From Candidatus Dojkabacteria bacterium (lineage in GTDB: Bacteria; Patescibacteriota; Dojkabacteria; J137), in assembly GCA_040006935.1 (NCBI GenBank), contig JBDTVZ010000001.1, positions 359,772 to 423,771 of the forward strand: DNA of 64,000 nt, written 5' to 3'. How positions within the stretch are numbered: position 1 is the stretch's first letter; each line of letters starts with the position of its first letter. Positions 37,083-46,605 of the stretch are shown here, piece by piece. Made by a program: the position numbers and the translations under genes. The notes under the pieces are model-generated. The model was not told the DNA's origin. It was given only the letters and a program-made list of their open reading frames with translations, and searched no databases.

Positions 37083-39038
37083 ATGAAATCATCAGAAGAA
37101 ATCCGACAATCCTATTTAGACTTTTGGAGCGAAAGCCCAAGAAATTCTAAAGTTATTCCTAATTCCTCACTTGTTCCTTCAAATGTACAAGGTGGAAATA
37201 CATTATTATTTGTAAATTCAGGAATGTTCCCAATAATTCCTTATTTAACAGGACAGCCTCACCCTTTAGGTACACGTGTTCACAATGTTCAAAGGTGTAT
37301 TCGAACTAAAGATATTGAAGATGTAGGAGATAACAGGCATTTAGTTCTATTTGAAATGATAGGTAATTGGTCCTTTGGAGATTTTACTAAAGAGCAACAG
37401 ATCGAATGGTGCTTAGAATTGTACGTAAAAAGATTTGGACTTGATCCTAAAAGATTATATATAACTGTATGGGCAGGAGATGAAGTAGTTCCAAGAGATG
37501 ATGAGGCTATTAGATTATGGCAGAGAGAATTTAAGAAATACGGAATTAATGCAGAATTTAGTGAAGATATTGGAAACATACCAAGTAATCTTAAAGAAGG
37601 AGAAGAATGGAAATATAGAATATTCCCTTATGGCCGAGAAGCAAATTGGTGGGAAGTATCACATAGTGCAGGAGAACCAGGTGGACCAAGTTCCGAAATA
37701 TTTTACGACCTTGGGGTAAAAGAAAGGGAACAAGATCAATATCATATAAATGACGACTCCGGAAGATTTATAGAAGTTGGGAATAATGTATTCATGGAAT
37801 ATAAACTTGATGAGAACTTAAAGTATCAACCACTAGAAAAAAAGAATATAGATTTTGGAGGAGGGTTCGACAGAATTATGTTTGCTGTACAAAACCAAGT
37901 TGATGTTTTTGCTACAGATTTATTTCAGCCTATGATTGAGAAAATCGAGAATTTGTCTAATAAACAATATAAAGGCGGTGTTGAGTTAAACGAAGACACA
38001 AAAGCATTTAGAATCGTTGCAGAACATATTAGATCTTCAGTATTTATTCTTGGTGACGGAGTTATACCTTCAGGAAAAGATCAAGGATATATTTTGAGAA
38101 GATTAATTAGAAGAATGGTTAGATATGCAAAAAAACTAGGTATTGAGAATAACTTTTCAAAAGACATTGCACTGATTGTAATAAATAAGATGCAAGAAGC
38201 TTACCCACACTTAGCAGAGAATAAAGATCTAATACTTTCAGAAATAGAGAAGGAAGAGAAAACGTTTAGAATTACTCTAGATAGAGGGCTACGTATTCTA
38301 AAGACGCATAATTATGCGTCTCAAGATGCGTCTCAAAATGAATCTCAAGAAACAAAAATCAATGGAGCAGAAGCTTTCAATTTATACGAAACCTACGGGT
38401 TTCCATTAGAATTAACCCTTGATGAATTAAAAATTGACGAAAAAACTGCAGAAAAAATTACAGAAGAATTTAAATCTGAAGAGAAAAAACATAGAGAAAG
38501 TTCTAGAGCTGGGGCTGAGCAAAAATTCAAAGGTGGATTAGCAGATCAATCTATAGAGACTACAAAACTACACACTGCCCATCATTTACTTCTTGCTGCC
38601 TTACAGAGAATTGTTGATCCTAAAATAAGACAAAAAGGTAGTAACATTACAGCCGAAAGATTAAGAATAGATTTTAATTTAGATAGAAAATTAACAGAAG
38701 ATGAAATTAAACAAGCAGAAGATTTAGTAAACGAACAAATTACAAAAGAATTAGAAGTGAGAAGAGTAGAAATGCCAAAAACTCAAGCAGAACAAATAGG
38801 AGCTCAAATGGAATTTGGTCAAAATTATCCAGATACTGTTTCTGTATATTTTATGGCACCTAAAAGCGTGATCGAAGGGGAAGAATGGCAATCTCCAGAA
38901 ATATTTTCTAAAGAATTTTGTGGAGGACCACACGTTTCAAATACAAAAGAACTAGGAGAAAATGGAAAGAAATTTAAAATTCTAAAAGAAGAAAGTAGTG
39001 GTTCAGGAGTTAGAAGAATAAAAGCTGCGTTAATTTAA
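37083..39038 (+). CDS. alaS: alanyl-tRNA synthetase lacking the C-terminal C-Ala domain
   Basis: Class II core (FVNSGM, RCIRTKDIEDVG, FFEMIGNWSFGDF), editing-domain HxxxH (HTAHHLL) and CGGPHV motifs; 651 aa. Confidence 0.85.
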   Translation: MKSSEEIRQSYLDFWSESPRNSKVIPNSSLVPSNVQGGNTLLFVNSGMFPIIPYLTGQPHPLGTRVHNVQRCIRTKDIEDVGDNRHLVLFEMIGNWSFGDFTKEQQIEWCLELYVKRFGLDPKRLYITVWAGDEVVPRDDEAIRLWQREFKKYGINAEFSEDIGNIPSNLKEGEEWKYRIFPYGREANWWEVSHSAGEPGGPSSEIFYDLGVKEREQDQYHINDDSGRFIEVGNNVFMEYKLDENLKYQPLEKKNIDFGGGFDRIMFAVQNQVDVFATDLFQPMIEKIENLSNKQYKGGVELNEDTKAFRIVAEHIRSSVFILGDGVIPSGKDQGYILRRLIRRMVRYAKKLGIENNFSKDIALIVINKMQEAYPHLAENKDLILSEIEKEEKTFRITLDRGLRILKTHNYASQDASQNESQETKINGAEAFNLYETYGFPLELTLDELKIDEKTAEKITEEFKSEEKKHRESSRAGAEQKFKGGLADQSIETTKLHTAHHLLLAALQRIVDPKIRQKGSNITAERLRIDFNLDRKLTEDEIKQAEDLVNEQITKELEVRRVEMPKTQAEQIGAQMEFGQNYPDTVSVYFMAPKSVIEGEEWQSPEIFSKEFCGGPHVSNTKELGENGKKFKILKEESSGSGVRRIKAALI

Positions 39039-39046
39039 ATTATGTA

Positions 39047-39067
39047 GGGTCCGCCCATGGGCGGACC
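39047..39067. repeat. REP-like palindrome type 1 (GGGTCCGCCCATGGGCGGACC) with TATGTAG head, directly 3' of alaS
   Basis: Perfect GC-rich palindrome 8 nt after the stop codon. Confidence 0.8.
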
Positions 39068-39076
39068 TCTTAAATT

Positions 39077-39370
39077 ATGGAAATTAAAATTCTCTCAGCA
39101 ATTTACGGATTCATGATTGGTTCAATTCTTGGAAGTTTTTTTGGTGTAATAACAGACCGACTTCCAAGAGGAGAATCTATAATCTCTCCACCTTCACATT
39201 GTGACAATTGTAAAACACCTTTGAAGCTGTATGACAATATTCCAATCTTTGGATATTTAAATCTAAAAGGAAAATGTAGAAATTGTGGAAATAAAATTCC
39301 TTTAAGATTTTTTCTACTCGAGTTAACATTAGGAATAGTTTTTGCTGTAATGGCTTTTATTATTTTTTAA
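39077..39370 (+). CDS. prepilin peptidase N-terminal zinc-binding domain only (no A24 peptidase domain), possibly a truncated remnant
   Basis: TM helix plus CDNC...CRNC tetra-Cys motif typical of the PilD N-domain; ORF ends at 97 aa, followed by repeat elements. Confidence 0.5.
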   Translation: MEIKILSAIYGFMIGSILGSFFGVITDRLPRGESIISPPSHCDNCKTPLKLYDNIPIFGYLNLKGKCRNCGNKIPLRFFLLELTLGIVFAVMAFIIF

Positions 39371-39467
39371 AAGAAGTTGGTATTCAAAAGAGACAAATGG
39401 ATTCACTGAGAAAATGATTGAGTCTGGAAAAGTGAATGAAGAATTCAGTAACATGTGATTGAATTGT

Positions 39468-39592
39468 GTCATTTCGACTGAGGAGTTCCGAGAATCGGAA
39501 TGACGAATGGAGAAATCTGTAACCACCTATTTATATGATCAGATGGAAGTTAAAGATTTCTCGACTCACTACGTTCGCTCGAAATGACATAA
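39468..39592. repeat. MITE-like element family B with terminal inverted repeats TGTCATTTCGA.../...TCGAAATGACA
   Basis: TIRs at both ends; 39560-39589 is the reverse complement of 6001-6029. Confidence 0.65.
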
Positions 39593-39765
39593 ATATGGAT
39601 CATCTTGTGCCAAGTATAAATAAGGTCCAACCCCACTTAATTTAAACTGCCAGAACACAGTATGAGGTGGTAAGGTCAATGAAAATGTAAAGACCTTAAC
39701 TTACTAAGATTTATAGCTGTAAAGTCAAGGGTTAATTCTTGCTATTCTCTATTAATTTATAATTC

Positions 39766-40581
39766 TTAATTATTAATTAATATAATCATTGTCCTCTCAT
39801 GACCATAATTATCATAATTACTTTCTCCTAATTTCTTATTCCATTCAATAAATTTGGTTTTATCTCCTGTGTTTATTAGTTTTTGAATTTTCTGTTGGAA
39901 GTCTGAATGATTAAATGTCCGTTCGAAACCATCTGAATAGAGAACTACAATATCTCCTTGTTCTAAATTCACTTCACCTGTTAATGCTCCATAACTACCT
40001 TCTTTGTTAGTATTATTCCTAAATTCTTTTCGAACTAAAGTTCTTCCTTTGGAAGTTTTCCAATCAAAATCTTTCAAATCTTTATTTGCGTCGCTGAAGA
40101 AATATTTTTCAAAAATTTTTACAGAATTAGGAGTTTCAAATTTCAAATCCCAATCTTGAGAAAATACTTTAATTGCACAATCTCCAATAACTCCCCAATT
40201 TAATTTATGATCTTTTATCTTCGCACTTACTGCGACACATGCCCAAAAATCGTTCTCTAGGTAGTCTGGATTAGGATTTTTTTCCTGATTCAACTCTTTA
40301 ACCTTTCTATTTCCAAACTTGAAAGATTCCTCAATTGAATGAGTTTTCGAATAGTTTAAAAATTCATTTACAAAAAGATTAGATGCGAATTTTGCAGGGC
40401 TTGGATTTGGGTAATGCTCTTTATTTTCTTGACTATTTATATGTTCTACCTTAGAAACTCCAATTGGATCTCGTGTGATTCCATCTGCTACACAGAAAGT
40501 ATCTTGATTTAAAGAAAAAGCATCTTCCTGAGGTTTTTCAGAATATTTAGAACCATCGAATTGAAATGAGAAAATTTTCAT
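39766..40581 (-). CDS. PP2C-family-like Ser/Thr phosphatase (tentative)
   Basis: EDAFSLNQDTFCVADGIT, VVLYSDGFER and C-terminal ERTMIILINN resemble PPM motifs. Confidence 0.45.
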   Translation of the reverse strand: MKIFSFQFDGSKYSEKPQEDAFSLNQDTFCVADGITRDPIGVSKVEHINSQENKEHYPNPSPAKFASNLFVNEFLNYSKTHSIEESFKFGNRKVKELNQEKNPNPDYLENDFWACVAVSAKIKDHKLNWGVIGDCAIKVFSQDWDLKFETPNSVKIFEKYFFSDANKDLKDFDWKTSKGRTLVRKEFRNNTNKEGSYGALTGEVNLEQGDIVVLYSDGFERTFNHSDFQQKIQKLINTGDKTKFIEWNKKLGESNYDNYGHERTMIILINN

Positions 40582-40589
40582 ATGTTAAT

Positions 40590-41825
40590 TTAAAGTTTTA
40601 ACAAAGTCTCTGCTTCTTTCTTAGAATGTACTAATTCAAATTCTCTTGGAGTTGCTGTTGTATAGATTGTTTGTTTTGTTCTAGCTTCAAATTCTTCAAA
40701 TTTTAAAGGTCTATTGTCTAGAGCAGATCTCATTCTAAATCCATAATCAACTAGATTTGTTTTCCTAGATAAATCTCCATTAAACATTCCTCCAACTTGT
40801 GGCACAGTAATGTGGGATTCATCTATAAAAGTTATGTGGTCATCTGGAAAATAATCTAATAGAGTAGATGGTGGAGTTCCTATTGCTCTTTTATCAATGT
40901 ATCTTGCATAATTCTCAATTCCTTTGCAGAAACCTGTTTCTTCGAGCATTTCCATATCGTAATTTACTCTTTGATTTAACCTGGAAGCTTCAATCATTTT
41001 TCCTGCATCGTTAAAAGCTTTGACTTCTTTTTCCAAATCTTCTCGTATTATTCCAATAGCGTTTTTCAATTTTTCTTCAGGACTGACGTAATGTTTTGCA
41101 GGATAAATTGTAATTTTTTCTACCTTATCAACTAATTCCCCACTAATTGGATTAATAATTCGGATAGTATCTAATTGGTCTCCAAAAAATTCCAATCTAA
41201 CAGCAACATCATCAGAAGTGGTTAAATTGATATCAATGGATTCTCCTCGAACTCTGTAAGATCCAGTAGCAAAATCATTTGTCCTTTCGTACTGCATGTC
41301 TCGCAATCTTGCTAAGATTTTTTCTCTATTAAAATCTTTCCCTACTTCTACTTCCATGCTCATTGCTTGGTAATCTTCTGGATTTCCTAAACCATAAATG
41401 CAACTCACTGTTGCAACAATAATTACATCTTTTCTAGATAAAAGCATTTGTGTTGCAGAGTTTCGGTATCTTTCAATTACTTCATTTATATCTGAATCTT
41501 TTTCAATGTACAAATCTCTCGAAGGAACGTAAGCTTCGGGTTGATAGTAATCGTAATAACTTACAAAGTATTCAACTGCATTTTCTGGGAAAAATTCTTT
41601 AAACTCCGAATAGAGTTGTGCTGACAATGTTTTATTGTGGGATAAAATTAGAGTTGGCCTTTGAATATTTTGAATAACATTCGCCATTGTAAAAGTTTTA
41701 CCTGTACCAGTTGCTCCAATTAAAGTTTGGTGTTTCATTCCTACTTCTAGACCTGCAGATAAAGTCTCTATTGCTAAAGGCTGGTCACCATCGGGTTTAT
41801 AGTTGGAATGTAGTTTAAATTTCAT
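40590..41825 (-). CDS. uvrB: excinuclease ABC subunit B, N-terminal 411 aa only (domains 1a/2/1b with DESH); RecA-like domain 3 and C-terminus absent
   Basis: GDQP...GATGTGKTFT, FVSYYDYYQPEAY, DESH present; ORF stops where helicase motifs IV-VI should follow. Confidence 0.8.
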   Translation of the reverse strand: MKFKLHSNYKPDGDQPLAIETLSAGLEVGMKHQTLIGATGTGKTFTMANVIQNIQRPTLILSHNKTLSAQLYSEFKEFFPENAVEYFVSYYDYYQPEAYVPSRDLYIEKDSDINEVIERYRNSATQMLLSRKDVIIVATVSCIYGLGNPEDYQAMSMEVEVGKDFNREKILARLRDMQYERTNDFATGSYRVRGESIDINLTTSDDVAVRLEFFGDQLDTIRIINPISGELVDKVEKITIYPAKHYVSPEEKLKNAIGIIREDLEKEVKAFNDAGKMIEASRLNQRVNYDMEMLEETGFCKGIENYARYIDKRAIGTPPSTLLDYFPDDHITFIDESHITVPQVGGMFNGDLSRKTNLVDYGFRMRSALDNRPLKFEEFEARTKQTIYTTATPREFELVHSKKEAETLLKL

Positions 41826-41862
41826 GAGGTAATTATATCATTTATACGGACTTTACACTGAG

Positions 41863-41930
41863 TGCGCAAATCTACATCTCCTTACACCTAAAGGTGTTCG
41901 TCGTGTATCTTTGGGCCATCCGTTTACTCT
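41863..41930. repeat. family D element copy
   Basis: Matches 28193-28250. Confidence 0.6.
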
Positions 41931-42095
41931 CCTGGCATCCAGCAATCTGAGATGTGGCCCTATTGTCCGCCTGCCCTCCCGTTAATCGGGAGCGAGCAGG
42001 TTGGAAGAGCAGGAGAGAGAAGGATGATTTAATAATATTGTGCATAAACCATAGTTAGCAGTATAATTAAAGAATACATTTTAAATACGGTAAAA

Positions 42096-42521
42096 ATGAT
42101 TGCAATGAGTACTTTTGATGAAGGAGCAGAGTTGACAGAATTTACACCTGAAGAAGGAGTTATCAGACAATTTGAACAATTCGCACAGTATGCAGATGAG
42201 TTGGTAAAAATATTACAGAATCAACAATCTCAGAGCACAGACTCAGAAATACTTGTAAAAAGCTTAACCCCTAACAAACGAACCTTCGATTTAACTGACT
42301 ATCCCAATATTATAACAATGGATAAGTTAAATGCTTTTGCCGATGACACTGGAACGGGTTCTTATTTAAAAGGAAGAGAGTTTAGGAATGCATTAAGAAT
42401 TCTAGGTGGGAAATACAGTCTTGATTTCAAAGAACTTTATAAATCTTTTGCACCATTCTTTGCAATAAATAGCAACGCAAGTCATAATAACGAATACATC
42501 TTTTTTGATCCAAGATCTTAA
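42096..42521 (+). CDS. hypothetical protein, translationally coupled to the downstream kinase-like gene
   Basis: Stop/start overlap ATGA. Confidence 0.45.
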   Translation: MIAMSTFDEGAELTEFTPEEGVIRQFEQFAQYADELVKILQNQQSQSTDSEILVKSLTPNKRTFDLTDYPNIITMDKLNAFADDTGTGSYLKGREFRNALRILGGKYSLDFKELYKSFAPFFAINSNASHNNEYIFFDPRS

Positions 42522-43624
42522 TGAATCCTCAAGATTTCGAAAGTTTACAAGGACCTGAAAAATCTATAATTAATAGCGAACAAGCTAAATTACACGCAGT
42601 CAGCTTCTTACAAGAAATTTTCACAGAACCTAATCAAGTTTTTATTGCAGATCCAGATGTGTTCTTTTATAAAAAGGAATATAAAGATAGGGATAAAGTA
42701 GAGGTTGGCGTCTTCTCAGTAGGTATTAATCTAGAAATTGATGGCTCTGATAACGAAATAGTTCATTTAATAGAAAAAACCACAAATCCAGAAATTGCAA
42801 ATTACCTCAATAATAAAATAATTATAGCTAGAAGATTAAGAGATATTTTTAATCGAAAAGGTATTGAGTTAGAAGATGAAACAATCACAATTCAGGAGTT
42901 AAGAAATATTTGTGGCTCGGAAATTCCTGTAAGAATGCTAATGTACTTATTTGATACAACAGCAAGAGGTGAAGTTAAGAAAGAAACAATAGATTCTTTA
43001 TTAAACGGCGAAATTACTGCAAAAATAGAGCTTGCTTATAAAAGAATTCATAATGCGAAACGAGCTATCGCAAACGAAATAGAAAATTATGAAATTTTCT
43101 ATCATAAGGGATTCAATACTTTCTGTGCGTTAAAAACTATTGCAAGAGATCAAGCTGAAGAGAGTGCGAATGACAATGCTTATTTTATATTCACCTTGAA
43201 TGAAAGAAACTTAATAGTATTAGAAGAGGAAGGTAATTTTTTCTCAGAAGAAAATGGTGTTTTTGAATTATTACTAAAAGAGTTATCACGTATGTATTTA
43301 TCAGAACTTACACACGGAGATTTACATTTTAGAAATGTTGGTTATTTAAGGGAAAAAATTAAAAACATAATGCTCTTTGATTTAGTTAGATCTACTTCCG
43401 ATGGTGTTAATCATCCTACAAGAATTCAAAATGATTTAATTCTTTTTAGAAATACCGTAATCGTCATGTTAAGAAACTCATTTGATATTGATAAGAATTA
43501 CGTAAAGTCGCTTATCGATCAATTCTTAGAGGAAATAAAACCAATTTTTGAAAATAATCAAAGTAATTACGATAGTATATTGGATAGTTTTATAAGTATT
43601 TACGAAGAGATTGATTCAAAATAA
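42521..43624 (+). CDS. protein kinase-like fold protein (APH/choline-kinase-like catalytic loop HGDLHxxN)
   Basis: LTHGDLHFRNVGY catalytic-loop-like motif followed by FDL. Confidence 0.5.
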   Translation: MNPQDFESLQGPEKSIINSEQAKLHAVSFLQEIFTEPNQVFIADPDVFFYKKEYKDRDKVEVGVFSVGINLEIDGSDNEIVHLIEKTTNPEIANYLNNKIIIARRLRDIFNRKGIELEDETITIQELRNICGSEIPVRMLMYLFDTTARGEVKKETIDSLLNGEITAKIELAYKRIHNAKRAIANEIENYEIFYHKGFNTFCALKTIARDQAEESANDNAYFIFTLNERNLIVLEEEGNFFSEENGVFELLLKELSRMYLSELTHGDLHFRNVGYLREKIKNIMLFDLVRSTSDGVNHPTRIQNDLILFRNTVIVMLRNSFDIDKNYVKSLIDQFLEEIKPIFENNQSNYDSILDSFISIYEEIDSK

Positions 43625-43634
43625 TTTCATTTCT

Positions 43635-44312
43635 TCATTTTTCATTCTTTAATTCAGTGACGCATCCGCAGACTTTACTCCATTCTGGATCATTAATGCA
43701 TTTAGGATTTCGTGCAGTGCACAGGTATCTTCCATGAAAAACTAATCTTAAAGCCCATTCATTCCATTCTTTTTGTGGAAATAATTTCATTAAATCCTGT
43801 TCTACTTTTACCGGATCGTCTCCTCCATCACTTAAACCTAATCTTCTTGAAGTTCTTAAAACATGTATGTCTACAACAAAACCTACTGGCAAAATTCCTT
43901 TTTTATGTGTAAACCACTCATTTAGAACAACATTCGCAGTCTTTCTCCCTATACCAGGAAGTTCTGTTAATTCTTCCATTGTAGCCGGAACGTTACTGTT
44001 AAATTTATCTCTCAACATTTGAGCTAACTTTACTAAATTCCTTGCTTTAGTTTTATAGTAATTAATTCCAGTAACATATTTTTCAATTTCAGATGGTTTT
44101 GCATTTGCTAAATCTTCAATATTTTTATACTTAGCAAATAGAGCAGGTGTTTTTTTATTTACTGTAGTATCAAGCGTTTGTGCAGAAAGCATTACTGAAA
44201 CAAGAAGCTGAAATGCAGATTTATGATGGAGCGGTGTTTCGACAGTTGGATAGTCCCGAATTAATAATTCTTTAATCTTTTTTAATTTAGCTTCAGAAAT
44301 CATAACAATCAA
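43635..44312 (-). CDS. nth: endonuclease III
   Basis: HhH-GPD LPGIGRKTANVVL and [4Fe-4S] loop CTARNPKCINDPEWSKVCGC. Confidence 0.85.
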   Translation of the reverse strand: MIVMISEAKLKKIKELLIRDYPTVETPLHHKSAFQLLVSVMLSAQTLDTTVNKKTPALFAKYKNIEDLANAKPSEIEKYVTGINYYKTKARNLVKLAQMLRDKFNSNVPATMEELTELPGIGRKTANVVLNEWFTHKKGILPVGFVVDIHVLRTSRRLGLSDGGDDPVKVEQDLMKLFPQKEWNEWALRLVFHGRYLCTARNPKCINDPEWSKVCGCVTELKNEK

Positions 44313-44429
44313 CTAGTAACCAGTAACTCGCAACTACTTATTATCGCTAAAAATATCTGAAAAGAGAAGATAGTTTAAAAAATACGAAGTTTCAGGATAT
44401 AATAAAGTATTAAATTTTAAAAGATAATT

Positions 44430-45083
44430 ATGCCTGATGATGCTGATAATATTGAAAACCTTAGTAATAGACCACAGCCAGGAGTAGATCCAATAGTTAT
44501 TGGAAGAGCAATTGGATTACTAAATCAAGATGGATCACACATGCATAAAAAAATAACTGTTGATGAAAAAATGAGTGAAAAAATTGAAGACAGGATGAAA
44601 GCAATCAGAAGAAAAATTAGAGTTGGAGGATGGGATTTACTTGATGAAATTAATCCTCAAGAGGGAGCAAGAAGAAAAGAGTTGAAAGAAAAAAGTAATA
44701 ATGAAGGCTTAACAAAAGCCGAGCAAGGAGAGTTGAGCACTCTCACAGAAAAATCTAATTCACTTGGTATCAAAGCATTAAGTCATGCTGAGTTATATTT
44801 TTGGGTAACATTGAATAGTTTTTTAGGTTTTAAATTCAACACACATTCAAGAGAAGCTATTGCCAAAGAGTTGAAAAACCCCAGTGTTTCGAGAGTCGAA
44901 GATTTAGTTGAAGATTTTATTCGTCACTTAGACTTAATCAGCTTGGTAAGAGGTTTGAGAGATGCAGAAGAACAAGGTGGTGTAGCTGGAGTAATAGATA
45001 CTTTAAGACCAGAACCACCAGTCCCTGGTGAATATCCTGATGATGAAGATGATAGTGGAGATATGTCTGAACCTATTATTTAA
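44430..45083 (+). CDS. hypothetical acidic protein
   Basis: ORF only. Confidence 0.45.
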   Translation: MPDDADNIENLSNRPQPGVDPIVIGRAIGLLNQDGSHMHKKITVDEKMSEKIEDRMKAIRRKIRVGGWDLLDEINPQEGARRKELKEKSNNEGLTKAEQGELSTLTEKSNSLGIKALSHAELYFWVTLNSFLGFKFNTHSREAIAKELKNPSVSRVEDLVEDFIRHLDLISLVRGLRDAEEQGGVAGVIDTLRPEPPVPGEYPDDEDDSGDMSEPII

Positions 45084-45092
45084 ATAATTATT

Positions 45093-45842
45093 ATGAACTT
45101 AAAAAATAAAACAGTTTTAGTCACAGGATCCTCAACCGGAATTGGTAGAGCAATTGCAGAAGCATTTGCTAAAGAAGGTGCAAATGTAATTTTAAATTAT
45201 AGAAATAATAAAACAGAAGGTGAAAAAGTGCTTTCAGAATTAAAAAATTACGAAGGGAAATCTACTCTAATTCAAGCAGATATGGCTAAAGAAGAAGATG
45301 TAAAAAGACTATTTAAAGAAATTGAAAAGGGATACGGAGTTCTTGATATTTTAGTTAATAATGCAGGAGATGCACAAGGAATTGATGTTCTAAGTTCCGA
45401 TATTAAAGACTGGGAATATCAAATGGATAATAATTATTTAAGTGCAGTAATGGCATCTAGAGAGTTTTTAAAAATGAAAGGTTCGGCAGAATTAAGAAAG
45501 ATTATTAATATTTCTTCAGTTTATGGATTTGATGATAAATGTCATGCAGATTATATGGCTTATGGTGCATCCAAAGCTGCGATTAATAGTTTAACTAAGA
45601 ATATGGCAAAAAAATTTGCTCCAAATGTTTTAATAAATGCAATTGCACCAGGATATGTAATGACACCGCATTGGGGAGAAATGAGTGGAAAAGAAGTAAA
45701 AGAAAACGCAGATCAACAATTAATACAAAGATTCATTGAACCCTCAGAAATAGCAGAGGGAGCTATCTTCCTTGGGAAAAATGATTCCATGACTGGAACA
45801 ATAATATTAATGGACGGAGGGATAAGTTTGAAGACAGTTTAG
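45093..45842 (+). CDS. SDR-family oxidoreductase (FabG-like)
   Basis: TGSSTGIGRAIA, NNAG, YGASKAAINSLTK (YxxxK). Confidence 0.85.
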   Translation: MNLKNKTVLVTGSSTGIGRAIAEAFAKEGANVILNYRNNKTEGEKVLSELKNYEGKSTLIQADMAKEEDVKRLFKEIEKGYGVLDILVNNAGDAQGIDVLSSDIKDWEYQMDNNYLSAVMASREFLKMKGSAELRKIINISSVYGFDDKCHADYMAYGASKAAINSLTKNMAKKFAPNVLINAIAPGYVMTPHWGEMSGKEVKENADQQLIQRFIEPSEIAEGAIFLGKNDSMTGTIILMDGGISLKTV

Positions 45843-45989
45843 AATTTAAGTCCTGTACATATTTAGAGAATTTATTATAATTATGGGACTTCGATGTCAT
45901 TGCGAGGAACGAAGTGAGGAAGCAATCTCACACAAATTAGTAGAGACGATTGAGCTACTCATCTGAAAACTGATGACTCCAAATTATGT

Positions 45990-46061
45990 GCTAGGGTAGC
46001 TCAGCTTGTAGAGTACTCGCCTGAAGAGCGAGGTGTCGACAGTCCCAGCCGCCCTCTGGCA
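45990..46061 (+). pseudogene. degenerate tRNA-Phe(GAA) copy with disrupted T-arm
   Basis: Same acceptor, D and anticodon arms as the tRNA-Phe at 47364-47439, but the T-stem has 2 mismatches and a 6-nt loop. Confidence 0.6.
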
Positions 46062-46139
46062 CGATAAATTTACTTCAATTAATTCCTCTCCAGAATTATT
46101 ATTTATGATAGACTTTCGTATATTTATTAAATAAATAAT

Positions 46140-46355
46140 ATGCATCAGAATAATTTATTAGGTTCACTACCAAATCAAGTCAGAGTAGACTTAGGAGCGA
46201 CTGTTCAAGAATTAATTTTTGAAAAGTTAAAATTATTAACAGATAATGGCCTATCAATAAAGGATGCCGCTAAGATTATCGAAGACTCTCTACGAAATAT
46301 AGTTGGCGAAGAAGGGGATTTAAGCAAATATCTAATCGAAAATAGCGATAAATAG
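46140..46355 (+). CDS. hypothetical small protein
   Basis: ORF only. Confidence 0.35.
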   Translation: MHQNNLLGSLPNQVRVDLGATVQELIFEKLKLLTDNGLSIKDAAKIIEDSLRNIVGEEGDLSKYLIENSDK

Positions 46356-46411
46356 AAATAAGAATTAGAGAATATAAACTAAGAATCTCATTTAAAATAA
46401 AAAAGACACAA

Positions 46412-46485
46412 TGAGCGATGAGGGATTCGAACCCCCGACCCCCTCGGTGTAAACGAGATGCTCTAGCCAGCTGAGCTAATCGCTC
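46412..46485 (-). tRNA. tRNA-Val (anticodon UAC)
   Basis: Cloverleaf with GAGCGAT/ATCGCTC acceptor, anticodon loop UUUACAC, T-arm GGGGG-TTCGAAT-CCCTC. Confidence 0.85.
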
Positions 46486-46605
46486 ATTGTATTCCTTCTA
46501 TTTAATTTTTAATTCTTTCTTACTCGGTGTAACCTGTTCACCCACCTTAGACCGATACAATACTATAATCTGTATCAGTGGAGTGATACAGATTATAGCA
46601 GAACT

